Shown piece after piece: positions 48,354 to 62,074 of a stretch of 64,000 nt of DNA. The translations under genes and the position numbers were made by a program. The notes under the pieces are model-generated. The model was not told the origin of the DNA. It saw only the letters and a list, made by a program, of their open reading frames with translations, and searched no databases. The stretch lies in contig CM060732.1 in NCBI GenBank assembly GCA_030704615.1, positions 31,496,001 through 31,560,000 on the forward strand. Reading direction: 5' to 3'. This stretch comes from Takakia lepidozioides (lineage: Eukaryota; Plantae; Bryophyta). The first letter of the stretch is position 1. The number at the start of each line of letters is the position of its first letter.

Positions 48354-51300
48354 GCGCCATTTTTCCATTTCGGGGCCGAAAATGGCTAAGTCCCAGATCT
48401 GACTTGCACCAAAATCGGAAATTCGGCGCCATTTTTCCAGTCATGTAGGTAATTCGAAGAGCGGATGGATGGAAATCCGGCGCCGGATTACCATCCGCTA
48501 ACAAGGTCGGCGCGGAAAAATTCCGTCGTGCAGGTAATTGCAGGCGAAGAAGCGGATGGATGAACATCCGGTGCCGGATTTCCATCCATCCGCTCTTGGA
48601 ATTACCTGCATGACTGGAAAAATGGCGCCGAATTTCCGATTTTGGGTGCCAGTCAGATCTGGGACTAAGCCGTTTTCGGCCCCGACATGGAAAAAATGGC
48701 GTTTTTTTTTTTTTTTTTTTTTTTTTTTTGGCGCCTTTTTTCCATTTCGGGGCCGAAAATGGCTAAGTCCCAGATCTGACTTGCACCAAAATCGGAAATT
48801 CGGCGCCATTTTTCCAGTCATGCAGGTAATTCCAAGAGCGGATGGATGGAAATCCGGCGCCGGATTTCCATCCACCAGGTAAGTCGGCACGCAAAATTTC
48901 CGTCGTGCAGGTAATTCGAAGAGCGGATGGATGAAAATCCGGCGCCGGATTTCCATCCATCCGCTCTTCGAATTACCTGCATGACTGGAAAAATGGCGCC
49001 GAATTTCCGATTTTGGGTGCCAGTCAGATCTGGCACTTAGCCGTTTTCGCCCCCCCGACATGGAAAAATGGCGTTTTTTTTTTTTTTTTTTTTTTTTGGC
49101 GCCATTTTTCCATTTCGGGGCCGAAAATGGCTAAGTCCCAGATCTGACTTGCACCAAAATCGGAAATTCGGCGCCATTTTTCCAGTCATGCAGGTAATTC
49201 CAAGAGCGGATGGATGGAAATCCGGCGCCGAATTTCCATCCGCCAGCTAGGTCGGCGCGCAAAATTTCCGTCATGCAGGTAATTGGAAGAGCGGATGGAT
49301 GGAAATTCGGCACCGGATTTCCATCCGCAAGGTTGGTCGAGAGAGCAGATGGATGGAGATCCGGCACCGGATTTCCATCCGCAGGTAAGTGGAATCCCGG
49401 ATGGATGGAAATCCGGCGCCGAATTTCCATCCTGCAGGTAATTCGAATCCCGGATGGATGGAAATCCGGCGCGGACGGATTTCCATCCAGCAGGTAATTC
49501 GAATCCCGGATGGATGGAAATCCGGCGCCGGATTTCCATCCTGCAGGTAAGTGGAATCCCGGATGGATGGAAATCCGGCGCCGAATTCCATCCTGCAGGT
49601 AATTCGAAACCCGGATGGATGGAAATCCGGCGCCGAATTTCCATCCTGCAGGTAATTCGAATCCCGGATGGATGGAAATCCGGCGCCGAATTTCCATCCT
49701 GCAGGTAATTCGAAACCCGGATGGATGGAAATCCGGCGCCGAATTTCCATCCTGCAGGTAATTCGAATCCCGGATGGATGGAAATTCGGCGCCGAATTTC
49801 CATCCTGCAGGTAATTCGAATCCCGGATGGATGGAAATTCGCGCCGAATTCCATCCTGCAGGTAATTCGAATCCGGATGGATGGAAATTCGGCGCCGGAT
49901 TTCCATCCTGCAGGTAAGTGGAATCCCGGATGATTGGAAATTCGGCGCCGAATTTCCGTCCAGCAGGTAATTCGAATCCCGGATGGATGGAAATTCGGCG
50001 CCGCATTTCCATCCAGCAGGTTACTGGAATCCCGGATGGATCGAAATCCGGCGCCGAATTCCCATCCTGCAGGTATTTCATCGCTGAGAATTACCTTCCT
50101 GCAGGTAATTCTGATCAATGAATTACCTTCCTGTAGGTAATTCTCAGCGATGAATTACCTTCCTGCAGGTAATTCTGAGCGAGGAATTACCTTCCTACCT
50201 TCGTCGATAAGAATTACCTGCAGGAAGGTAATTCATCGCTGAGAATTACCTGCAGGAAGGTAATTCATCGATCAGAATTACCTGCAGGAAGGTAATTCTC
50301 AGCGATGAAATACCTGCCTAATGGAAATTCGGCGCCGAATATCCATACGCCAGCGATCCGACTTACCAGCTGGATGGAAATTCGGTGCCGGATTTCTATC
50401 CATCCGGGATTCAACTTACCTGCTGGATGGAAATTCGGCGCCGAATTTCCATCCATCCGGGATTCGAATTACCTGCAGGATGGATATGCGGCGCCGGATT
50501 TCGATCGATCCGGGATTTCACTTACCTTCTGGATGGAAATTCAGCGCCGGATTTCCATCCATCCGGGATTCAACTTACCTGCTGGATGGAAATTCGGCGC
50601 CGAATTTCCATCCATCCGGGATTCGAATTACCTGCAGGATGGATATGCGGCGCCGGATTTCGATCGATCCGGGATTTCACTTACCTGCTGGATGGATATT
50701 CGGCGCCGGATTTCCATCCATCCGGGATTGCACTTACCTGCTGGGTGGAAATTCGGCGCCGAATTTCCATCCGGGGCTGGTCTCTGTCGGAGAGGTGCCG
50801 GCCTCTCCGCCGCTCTGTTGGATATTCGGTACCGAATTTCCGTCCGGCGGTTGAAATATGACGGCCAGGTGCCGACCTCTCCCCCCTCCCCAACCGCATT
50901 GGAATGGCCCCGGATTGAAATTCGGCGCCGTTTTCCCATCTGGGGAGGTTTTTATGTCGGCCAGTTTTCAGTCTGACACCCCGACAAGACTTCCTTGGGG
51001 GGGCCCGGATGGAAATTCGGCGCCGAATCTCCATCCAAGGGATGCTCTCTGTCGAACACGTGCCGACCTCTACGCCCGAGGCGACTTCATCCGGGCGTCC
51101 CCTGTTCGATATTCGGTGCCGAATTTCCGTCCGGGGGTTGAAATGTGACGGCCAAGTGCCGGCCTCTCCCCCCTCCCCGACTGCATCCGAACCGCCCCGG
51201 ATGGAAATTCGGCGCCGTTTTTTTCCATCTGGGGATGTTTTTATGCCGGCCAGTTTTCGGCCTGACCCCCCGACACGACTTCCTTTACCTGCTGGATGGA

Positions 51301-51420
51301 AATTCGGCGCCGAATCTCCATCCAGGGGATGTTCTCTGTCGCACACGCGCTGGCCTCTGCGCCCGAGGCGACTTCATCCGGGCTTCCCCTGTTGGATATT
51401 GGGTGCCGAATTTCCATTCG
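46525..51420. repeat. Expanded palindrome arrays of MULE copy 2 with poly-T and (TA)n spacers; inverted core centred near 50200
   Basis: Repeated AAATGGCTAAGTCCCAGATCTGAC, GGAAAT(T/C)CGGCGCCG(A/G)ATTTCC and AATTACCT...AGGTAATT units. Confidence 0.93.
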
Positions 51421-51723
51421 GGGGTAGTATAGTAAGTGACGGCACGGTGCCGGCTTCTCCCCTTCAGCCGTCATCACGGACGGCCCCCCACTTTCTGACT
51501 GCATACCGTTGGCAGTTATTGCGCAAAGACCAGGGGCCGCATTCCGGAGACAAGGTTCATTAACACTCTGACTGTGGATTTTTGAGATAGTTGGCTCCCT
51601 GGATTTGGATCAGGCTTCGTCGCTCGGACAAATCGGCATCGCATTCATTCCCATCGCTGCATCCCCCTTCTACCAGGGAGCTTCCCCGCACTCCATCCTG
51701 GGAGTCTTGTGTGCACATCTCCC

Positions 51724-53830
51724 ATGGCGGAAAACCCAAGCGCTACAGTGTACTGCCCTCCTCACGAGCATAGAGCTTCATTTCCGTGCAGAGGGCAGAG
51801 GGACACCTGCCGGGTGATGGAGAAATATCTGTGCGTTCGATACCACCTGAAACCGGGGTCGGTTTTTTTGGAGGAGGAAAGGAAGGACTCTAACGACCTT
51901 GTTGTCGACAGTATTGTTGTGCTCCACGATGATTTCGGCGATGGCAGGGGAATGGCGAGTTCCACCATTGGACAGCGTCATATACAGGGCTGTTGGGGAC
52001 TTCATTTGCCCGCCAAATGCACCTTCTATCCTGGCGCCTTCCACGAAACAATCCGCGAATCAGAGAGTGGCTACCTCAAAGAGAGAAGTCCGCAACGAAG
52101 TAAATCCAGAGCCGAACCCATCCATGAAGACGAGCCAGAACCGGGTTGTTCACAACCTGTCCGACTCAGACGAGGTCATGGAAGTTCCGAGGTCGTCCTG
52201 GAGATCAGGCAAGTCCTCAATGGACGTCAGTGGAGGAGGGAGTCATATTCCCAGCACGAGCACCGCAGTTCGATCTATTCTTGAAATTCTGCGAGGGCTT
52301 CACCTGGAAGGACACCGGTCGGAGCTGGCCGGGCTGGACTACAGCAAGTTCGCAATTAAATCGGTTACATGCCTTCCGCCGACGTCGACGGTAATATCTT
52401 CTTTGAGTTCCCTCCTCGGGCGGACTACTCGAGGGCGTCCGGAATGTTGGCAGATATGGATAGAAAACATGACGGTCATCCTTGGTGCGTTACCAAAACC
52501 ACCAGCATGAAGATGCTCGATGGTGTGCGGGTGCGCTACGTTGTTTGTGCGGGGCGCGTTGCGGTGTTTCTCCCCAACTTGCTTCCACTTTAAATCCAGA
52601 GGTCACAGGAACGAGACCGATTGGACAGGCACAGCTCATCAACCATTTCGAGCTCAGGAGAAGGTTCCGAACTCCACATTTAAGTGTGCGCATTGCAAAG
52701 AACCACCACACTGCATGTCTGTTTGTAATGCCAAGCAGTTCTATGTGTTGCACCGTTTCCCTGACCTCACACCAGCTTGCATACACGTTGGTTCCCATTG
52801 TCACAAATTGGCGAGGGGGAACTCGCGGGAGGCTGCCCACGAAGCAGAGCAGCTCGTTCAGGAGGAGGTTAAGTTGAGATCGGGTGCCAAACCCAAACAG
52901 ATACAGCTCCAAGCCGCCCATAAGATGGCATTGGCCAGAATTATGTCGGAAGACGGCTCCGATAGAGTTCCTCTCGACGAGAAGGAAATGGAGGCATTGC
53001 TGGAGTCGGTGTCCCACGTATGTTCACCGAATGTCCGAAAACACATTGTCTCATGCAAACAGAAAATTGGGCGTGGCTCGGATATGCACTCCATTCTGGA
53101 GGTGAAGCGACGATGTGGATATGACTACATTCATGGAAGTAGGTTTCCAGGACAATGGACTGAGGCAGATCGTTGTTTCGTATTCAAAATGTCCACGTGT
53201 GGACCTGGCAGCGGCGTCGAACTGGTTGACAGGATGACGAGTAGAACTTGTCAAACAGTTTGGTCATGTTCGACCATATCAAGTGAATTACAAATCACCA
53301 GTGGGTGACAATGGGTGCACATGTCTACGACACCCACTGCAGGATGCTAATGACAATTGCTATTTGTGAGATGAAAGGAGAGGACACACAATCGGAGATG
53401 CTTCTTTGGCAGGGAATAAACGAACAGATGGCCAAGGCGGGATTGCCCCCTCCGAATTTCCGTGGTTTCATGGCAGACAAACGCACAAGCAAATTGGGCT
53501 GCCTTCCGAAGGGTGTACGGGCAAGACCCCAATGTTCCCATGGAAGGCAAGGAGAGATCTTGTGGGTTCCATTTTCTGCAAAGCCTTTCGCAGTACACAA
53601 CCAGGCTCGTGGCGCCAGATTTCAGAGAGGAGCACCGTTCCATGTGCCTTGCGTGGAAGCGCGCTCCTACCTTGGATGATGCAGAGACACAGTTTGCATG
53701 CATACGGGCTTGGTGGACATCGTCAGGTGCTGTAAGGAAATCAGACGAGGGAGCATGGTCAGTTGGCTAGCATGGTGGCATTATCGTTTCCTCCAGTTCG
53801 GCGACTATATGCGGGAGGTGAGTTGCACGT
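51724..53830 (+). pseudogene. Truncated MULE transposase (exon 1 only; lacks catalytic E and SWIM)
   Basis: Highly similar to 16462-18548; homology stops about 12 bp into the intron (GTGAGTTGCACG) and joins the subterminal repeat. Confidence 0.92.
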
Positions 53831-56800
53831 CTGAAATGCTAAGTCCGAACTGGCTAAGTCCGAACATGCACTGGAAAAATGGCGCTGAATTACCTGTCAT
53901 GAGGGGACCTATAGCCGCGGAATTCGTTCCCATTTTTCGCCAGAGAGACCTATTACCGCGAAATACGTCGCCGTTTTTCAGGTTACGGACCCTATTACCG
54001 CGAAATTCGGCGCCATATTTGCACATGTCGCTGGGAATTGGCATGAGCGGAAGACGAAATATCATGAGCACAACTGTCAAAAGTGCAATTTTCCCTTCAA
54101 GGGGCCGATTAATATATTTGTTTTTCCTGACACATTGCATTAAATATTGTTTTTTATTGTTTTTTTATTTTCGAAATTTGTACTTCTGCTCATGAAAACG
54201 ATTGTGTTACTACTCTGCTCATGCCGCTCATGCCGCTCATGCCGCTCATGCTCATGAAATAGCAAACCTCTTTGTGATCACTGCTGTTTTGCTTATGTCT
54301 CGGTCGTCCATTTTGATCTGCCAAAAACCAGATTGTAAATCCAGCGCAGAAAACCACTTGGCTTTCCCCAACTGGTTTAAAACATCCTGAATTAATGGCA
54401 TAGGGTAAGAGTCCCTTCTGGTTAAACGGTTTACTGGCCTAAAATCACCACAAAACCGCTGGATCCATCCCTTTTTGGTGGAAGGGTAACTGGACACGAC
54501 CATTCTGAACTACTCTCTCTCATCTTGCCTTGTGAGATCAAAGTCTCAATTTGTCCTTGGACCTTGTTTTCCTACCACTCTGATAGGCGGCTGGGACGAC
54601 TTCTGCAAGGGGGAAAGCCTTGAGTATCAATTGTAGGTTCCACCTCACTGCAATAACCTAAGTCAGCCTTGCTAAGAGCAAAACATTCCTGATTTGCTTT
54701 AAGCTCTTACTCCAGCTCTTTCCTTTGTTCTGGAGCGAGCTCTGGGTTGATGTGTAGTCTGGATTTCAGACTTCTCCAACGACTCTCCATTTCTTCCTCT
54801 TGACTGGGTTCTAAACTCATTCCCTCCCCTGGCCTACAGAGTTAGCTACTCTCTGTCTTTCCTCCTGTGTTACAACCTGATTCCAATCATGGAAATCATC
54901 CTCTATTTCTACGTTGTTGTTTCCTAGTTCTCTATCCCAAGCCTTCTGGTGAGCTTCCTGAATTATAGCGGCAGCCATGCTGCGTTGGGTCTCTTCTTGA
55001 AGGAGTTCAGACATCCCTTGGTCTTCGAACAGGTCCTCCCCTAGGCTGACATCATCTATTATCTCCTCAACATCCTTCAGTACTGTATCTACCTCCTCAC
55101 ATTCTTCAGAACCTCCCATCTCCTCATCCTTATCAGATTTAGAGGTGTCAGAACCTGAGGATCCTTCCTCCGTGTCCTCATACTCTTCCTCTGGCTTTCT
55201 TTTTTTCTCCCACAAGCCTAGGTACTGCTCATCTGACGTCAGGGTTAAGACATTACCTGCTGACGTACTGCCTGCATACCGCACTCTGCTCTCGACCCCT
55301 CTATGGCAGGCCGTTTTGGTAACTGCAGGCTCATTATAATTTATGGTGTGCAAAGGGAAGTGAGCAAAATCCTTTCCTGGCCCATAGCGCACACGAATTG
55401 TTTCAGCTTCGGTGTCAACTACAGCGCCAAACTTTTTGAGAAAGTCTAATCCCAGCAGCATGTGATATGTATCCGTGTTCACCACCATAAAGGACAAACG
55501 ATTGGTCAGCTCTCCTACTTTGACCTTGATGTCCTCAAGTCTGCTCATTGCAGTCTCAAGAGCACCAGAGGCTACTCTGTAATTTACATCCTTACTAGTA
55601 ATGACAGATCCCATCAGACCAAGATCCCTTACAGTACTCGCGGATATTACTGAGAGCATGGCACCTGTGTCAATCTGGCCTAATACTTGGTAATCTCCCA
55701 TTGTAATCATCACATGAAGTGCCTTTACTTTACCAGTATAAGCATATGAGATTGTGGGTTCAGCGTGTGCTGAGTACAAAGGTTTTGGTACATCCCTCAC
55801 AACTTCTACACTGTGAGTTGTCTCCCTTTGTTGTACCATTGCCCTTTCCACCACTTTGACCAGCCCTTTCAATTTGTCTAGCTCTCCGGGCACAGTCATG
55901 ATCAGATCCATGGGAGACAACGAGATTCTCCCTTTGTAGAAGTGGTTCAAGATTCTGGATTTTGTACCTCCTTCTATGGCAGTCTTGAAATTGTTCTTTG
56001 GGTAGATTTCACTCTTGGTCCTGCTTGGCTGTTCACTGCTCTCACTATTCCTTTCTGGTGACCCTGTAGGTTCAACAATCGGACTCTGGACAGGGATACG
56101 TGTCCTTGGAAGTCTGACTTCATTGATACTATTTTGTGACATCAGATTTGTCATTTCTGCGAGTACATCATCCTCATCATCATAGAACACATCTACAAAG
56201 TTAGTTTCCCGGAGTTCCCATCATAGTCTGGTCGAGTTTTCTACTGCACTCACTCTCTGTATGCCCGAGTAGCTTGCAAAAGTTGCATCTCACACCACAC
56301 ATTTCCGTGGAATGCCCGAACCGGTGACATTTGTCACACTTAGCTGGGGTTCTTCCTTCAGGACAAATGCAGCTATGTGACCTTCTTTGTGACAAACATT
56401 ACAAAGGCGAACACGAGGTGGTGTTCTAGATCCCGAGCTTTCTCCTATGACTGGTCCCCTATCAAAGTACTTCTGTAGGGTAGTGTTCAGCTGATCAAGT
56501 CTTCTGTCCATAGGGTTGACAAACACAACTGACTCATCTGTATCATCTCCTTCCAATGGCTCTAGAGGTATTTCCCCTAACTTTCCCAGGCCCCTTTCAA
56601 TCTCAATGGCTGTGTCAAGTGCTTCCTCTACATCAGGGAAGCGCCTGCCCAGCATTATTCTTGCTATTTCTGGTCTCAAACCTGCTGCAAATCTACGCCT
56701 CTGTTCCAAATCAGACACCCCACTTCTTATAAATAACCGGTTCAACCTATCGAAGTATGTTTGAACCCTTTGTCTACTCTCCTGTTTGATGGTATCCATT

Positions 56801-59652
56801 CTTAGCCTGATTTCTGCCAAGTCAATGATACCAAACTTGGCTGAAATGGCTGCCCTGAAATCTTCCCAGTTGTCTGGCCTAGGGTTTTGTTTACGGTACC
56901 ATTCATCAGCCTTGGCTCTCAGGTTGAGCCTTGCTACTTTGAAAGTTTTGTCCTCATTTAAATCCCTGACATCTGCCTCCATCTGAATTCTTTCCAGCCA
57001 GTCATTCACATCCTCACTATTCCTCCCATGATAAGGCACATCTATGCTAGTTGGACTGGTCATTTTTCTATACTCTAGTCGAAGTTCAAACTGTTCAACA
57101 CCTAACTCTGACTCTAATTTTCCTGCAACTCCCTTAATGCTGACCTCTATACCACTCCCACTGTCCATTTCGCAACATCTCTACTCTACCTCCCCATGTC
57201 ACCTCTCGTGCCATGGTATTTATCTTCTCCCACCTTCCTAACTCTCTTATCCAAAGTGCTATGGTTGTTCTTCCACCAGTATGTATCACTCTAAGACATA
57301 AATCACCTTTAGCTATTCTCCAAGCAGGGTTGAAGAAGTACAAACAAGGGTCTGCGTGGGCATTTGGTGTGCGTCTGCTGAAGCAAATCAGCACATCTCC
57401 AATGCTTGGTTCATCAGGAATCAGTGTGTGGTCTCTGCCTGCCATCAAACCATACAATACCAGTCAAGATCCCTAGCTAGTAGAAATCAAGATTTAACGA
57501 AGCTCTGATACCAAAAGAAGGGGCGTGAATCCCCTTATGTATAATTCTAATTGTGCTTCCCTCCATTCTAAGCGGAGCAAAAGAAAGGAACGTTCTTCTA
57601 ATCTGTCCAACTGTCGTCACTTGGCTGTGGGTTTCCCTCAGCTCCTTCGTGATCAGAGTTCAAGCAATCCTCATCCACGCTGCAGCGGAAGAGAAGACAT
57701 GGATGGGGAGTCAAATTGTTGTTCACTCTTGGTTCTACCTTTTACACAACATCCTCTACCTGCAGGTACAACACCAACTATGCTGCCACGATGTATTCAG
57801 TGATGCAATCAGCCCTATGTCAGTGATGAAACACTGCCCTTGTGGGCAGTTCCCTTGGTCAGCAACACGTCGGAAGCCCCTTTTTGTAATGAGATCACGG
57901 TCTAGGTGGATGGGCAGCTCAGATCTGCCATGAACTGCAGGCCCACTAGTTTGATCATTCAGGGTTCATGTCTTCTTGACCTTGCCTCTCCATTTGTCCA
58001 TCCCTCATCAACCCTTTCTCCCTTTTCACTTTTTCTTTCTCTCACACTCTTTTTCTTTCGTGTGTGGATTCCTCACTTTTTCCACAACAGCATGGCTATG
58101 ATGCAATGCAATGCACATCCAGCCAGGCATCCAGTGCATCCATCATTGAAGTCAACCTTGGTCACACAAGACATGATCTGCCCCTCTGTCAGTCTTTCTC
58201 TTTCTCTCTCTCTCTCCAGTGACTGGTCCTTGCACTATCTTTCCCCAAGTGGATCCTATTTGGCCAAGGTGCTTCACAACCCTTCTACAGATCTCAAATC
58301 ACACACACCTGACAGCTCTCTTTTTCTCCTCAACTGCAAACATCAGTCACTCACATGTTGAGAACACTTCTAGAAATCAGATCCAAACCCCAAAACAGTA
58401 TTGACTTTTCTTCCCCATCCACGTCATCCCTTCTCAGCTCTTCAAATCCGTTTCTGACTGACCATCCCTGTTTTCCTCTATCCACCAAGCTAGTTCTACA
58501 CTGGCTCCACTGTTTTAACATCTAGGGCTGCCTTGTTTTGCTGGCTGAAGACACTGAAAATAAAGAAAAGGAACACAACAACAGCAACCATTCTGACCCT
58601 GAGGTGAGATATCCTTGTCCCTCTCATTTTCCTAATGACAGTGTAACAACAGGTGCATCCATCTCCACCCTATCCTGGTTTGAATTCCAGTGTCTTCATT
58701 CCATTTTCAAAGGCCTTTTCTACTCCTCACATTTCTGTCCCCTTTAGCACATACAAGAGACAGTTCCAAAAACTTCACAAAGTCATTCCTAAGTGCCCCA
58801 AAAGAGAAGCCACACTCTTAGAACTTATCTGTCTTATACTCGTGTGAAGCGGTGGTTCTGCCTGCCAAGCTGGCACCTCACCATCGTTGTCATCAGCCAT
58901 ATTCAACGCTTCTCCTGATCTTGATTCCAGTTCTCATCATGTCATGACGGCTTGCTTCATCAGCTGGCAACATCCTTGTGCTTGCCAACCTCTACCCTAT
59001 CCTTCTACATGTGCACTTCTGCCCTAAGGATTGATGTGCTCCTACAGCTCTAAGACAGAAGGCAACTACAAGTCTTAATTACAGATAACCTGAGTCGCAT
59101 CCACACCAGCTTGCACTTCTCATTCCCCGACAGTAGTTGTTGCGCTCCATCTCCTCATAACTGTACTCTTCAAGACAATGGCGGCAGCGGTAGTGCACCG
59201 CTCTTAGCACCTGCTCAGCTTTCAAAATTGATCATTACCACGCAGAAAGAGGCACCGCTTCTCCTTGCACAAAATGCCAAGCAGATCCCTTAACGTCGCG
59301 CTTTAAGGCAAGCTGATTCACATGGCGCAGGTGTAAGTTCCCAAGCCAGCCTGCCTGACAACACTACGGCAGCAGCTGTGAAGAGTTGCCCGTTGTCTTC
59401 CTCCTCGTTTTCCTCAGCTCGAGTTTCTAGGTTAAACATACGCGACGAAAATCATTCATTCCAAGGATGAAAAATGCGCATGTTATGACTTAGCCATATT
59501 TTGTCTTGGCAGAGCAAGAACATAGTGTTCCCATGGAATTACCTGTAGGCCTGGGTAATTCCCTCCCGACATTAGTACCAGGCACTCCCTTTTTCACCAA
59601 TGCCGTAATTTGATGCCCAACAAAAATTTTAATGTTACTCCCATGCATTCAC

Positions 59653-59775
59653 ACTACATGTGTGGATCATATCTTCACTCTAAGCCAGATTATCCAGGGA
59701 AGGAAAAAAGAAGGGAAACCCACTTATGTTTTTTTCCTAGATGTCAAAAAGGCTTATGACACACTGTGGAGAGAG
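59653..59775 (+). pseudogene. LINE reverse transcriptase fragment
   Basis: TTCVDHIFTLSQIIQGRKKEGKPTYVFFLDVKKAYDTLWRE. Confidence 0.85.
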
Positions 59776-59779
59776 AATG

Positions 59780-59955
59780 GACCTTCCGCCCATTCCGGAG
59801 CCATGTAGTCATACAGGCGACTATTTAGATAGTCGTCGAATGAACGACTGCGGGAGGTCAATTTCATATAAAAACATGGTGCAGTCATGGTCAAAGTCAT
59901 GAAAACCATGACTACCACAGTTTGGCAGTCATAACTACCGCGATTTGTTGTAGTG
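59780..59955. mobile_element. CACTA-type terminus
   Basis: GTCAT/ATGAC repeats ending CCGCGATTTGTTGTAGTG; matches 7125-7142. Confidence 0.65.
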
Positions 59956-61525
59956 GAAGACAGTATGAGAGCGCTAGAAGACTAGCTGACATTTTGGCAC
60001 TTCAGGTACAGACAATGGGAAGCATGCATGACAACGGTGCGTGCACTTGCACAGTTCATTGAGTTTGTATCCATTTCCAATCATGTCTGTTGTGGTGGGG
60101 TGTGCCTGTCCTCTTTCTGATATGTGTTTTTCCATTTTGCAGCACTTCTCAATTGAGGAGATGGCGGACATGCCCTCTTGCAATCTGGTGGAGACAGTGC
60201 ACAGTGTATAGTTGGAGCAATCTGGAAAGCGGGGCCGGGATTTGTATGTGGCGACGGCAGATGATTTGATTTGAACTCTACTGCAACAGACGAGATATCG
60301 GGAGTTCTTGCGGGGTGGCGTTGGTGGCAAGGGTCCAGACAAGTCCGAGTTGATGTTGCGAGCAGCAAGAAGATCAGGGGATCCGAACAAGATTGCCAGG
60401 GCTGTCAGCATGTGTGCGGAAGGAACTCCACTGGTGTCTAGAGTTCCTCATCTGGAGGGTAAGGAGAGATTCGGGTCTTGTAAGCGGAAATTGAACACCC
60501 CTCCTGGGTCGGATGCGGACTCCCACAGGCCGGACAGGGACAACTTCTCCATGCCGCGTGTTCCATTTCATCAAAGGTTTGTTTCCGGCATATCCAGTGC
60601 AGACGATCCTTTGTCACAAAGCCAAAGGCAGCCATCTCCCACAGTGAGTGCAATGGGGCAGGAGGCGAACGTGCTCCCCCCTGTGGTGGAGTCCATGTGC
60701 CCCGACGCAGTCTGGCACATAGAACGCACCATTGTTGGGTCTCGAGTGAAGTGCACGGCAATCAGAGCAACCAATCGTGAGAAATGCAAGTCCTCCATAT
60801 CCAGAGGCAAGGTCCGCACTCCGGCTCCGACCTTCACTGGTTTGTTCACGCCTTATGGGCAAGCCGAGGCGAAGAACCACAAATTCTGGTTCTGCCCTGA
60901 CGACTGTGGTAGGTGCGTGCGTGGGACTGTGCGACCATCGGTTGTCATGAAGCCTCCTCCACCAAGCGTTTGGCTTGTGAAGGTGGGGACACATCTCACA
61001 ACTCAAGAGATTGCCATGTTGGAGGAGGCAGGCTTCTCCCTTCAGCGAGCCCCCTCTGTACATGCAGGTGCTTCTACTTCAGCAAGTTCTGGAGTGCCAC
61101 CACCCAACGCTGATGCATGGCCAACAAAACAAAATGGGAAGTTGGTTCGTCGTTTCCCTCCGATTGCCGAGCATTTCGGCAAGGTGGAATCCGCTCGAAT
61201 GCTTCAAGGTCGTATTACATGCACTATGGAAGTTCCACATCCTGGGTATGGACGAATCTACACTATGATGACCTCCACATCCGCTATGCATGACCGGTTG
61301 TACAACATCACAGTTTCAAATTTCCCCAACTGCACTTGTCCTGATTTTGTTGGCATGCTTACAACAAGTTTGGGAAAGATAGGAAAATTTATACCCTGCA
61401 AGCATATGTATTTTATCTTCTTGAACAAAATGGTTTGTGATCCCAGATGCGACATCTTCATTCACCAGGCCACCATGAGTTTCAACGAGGTGAATACACT
61501 TATGCAACGGGATAGGAGCACATAA
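59956..61525 (+). pseudogene. 3' half of a divergent MULE transposase of the same clade (catalytic E region, SWIM); intron 60037-60142
   Basis: LTFWHFRYRQWEACMTT|HFSIEEMADMPSCNLVETVH...GPDK...FWFC...CTCPDF...PCKHMYF, collinear with the copy 1 transposase; in-frame stops. Confidence 0.88.
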
Positions 61526-62074
61526 CATCCTCCTCACTTTGGTCATCTGCAAATTCCATTACTGGATTTCACAAGAGTTGAAACTTGAACTTGATGTCTC
61601 TTCATATATTTGGTGCCAATGCAGCCTCCAATTATGTTGTGCCATGTGTGCCATTTCTTTCTTGTGTGTAATCGTTCGAAAATAAATGGAATGGATGCAA
61701 ATGCTTTCAGAAGTCGTTCCTGCATTTTAATTTCTAGTGTTTTGCATGAATGAATGCCACGGCTATAGGCCCCTCGGCTATAGGTGCTATATGTTTATGA
61801 TGACATGGCATCTGCCAAGTTGTCCAGATGCCACGTTATTCTGACGACTGCCACGTCAGCCGGATACTGACACGTCAGCAGGCCCACGCCACATCAGTGC
61901 GACCCCACGCTCACGCCACATCACCTCCACGTGAGCGTACACTCTCACGCTCACGCGGAAGTCACATCCCCTGCCAGCTATAACATAGATATTTGATAGC
62001 AACACATAAGTCCCGTGAGATAGATGTTGCCGCACATTCAGCCATCTCCACATTATTACCATGGATTTTGCAGG

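Larger units (their letters stand above)
46341..54270. mobile_element. MULE copy 2: non-autonomous deletion derivative, opposite orientation to copy 1
   Basis: GGGGGCTGCTATTTCATGAGC ... GCTCATGAAATAGCAAACCTC. TSD TTTGTGATC (46332-46340 and 54271-54279). Termini match copy 1. Confidence 0.97.
43569..57513 (-). mobile_element. Ty3/gypsy element (3'-truncated), RT interrupted by MULE copy 2
   Basis: PBS TGGTATCAGAGC (minus, 57502-57513); gag 56290-57168 with three knuckles; IDTGAMLSV protease. RT reads KTAVITK|KGLYEWLVMPFG across the insertion. FVDDVN; RNase H; integrase VAIDTAGP...TDNGTEW...ER. Confidence 0.93.

Noticed and set aside
57514-59450. 5' LTR of the 43569-57513 gypsy element
   Set aside because: Plausible by position next to the PBS, but there is no canonical CA end and no second LTR to define boundaries.
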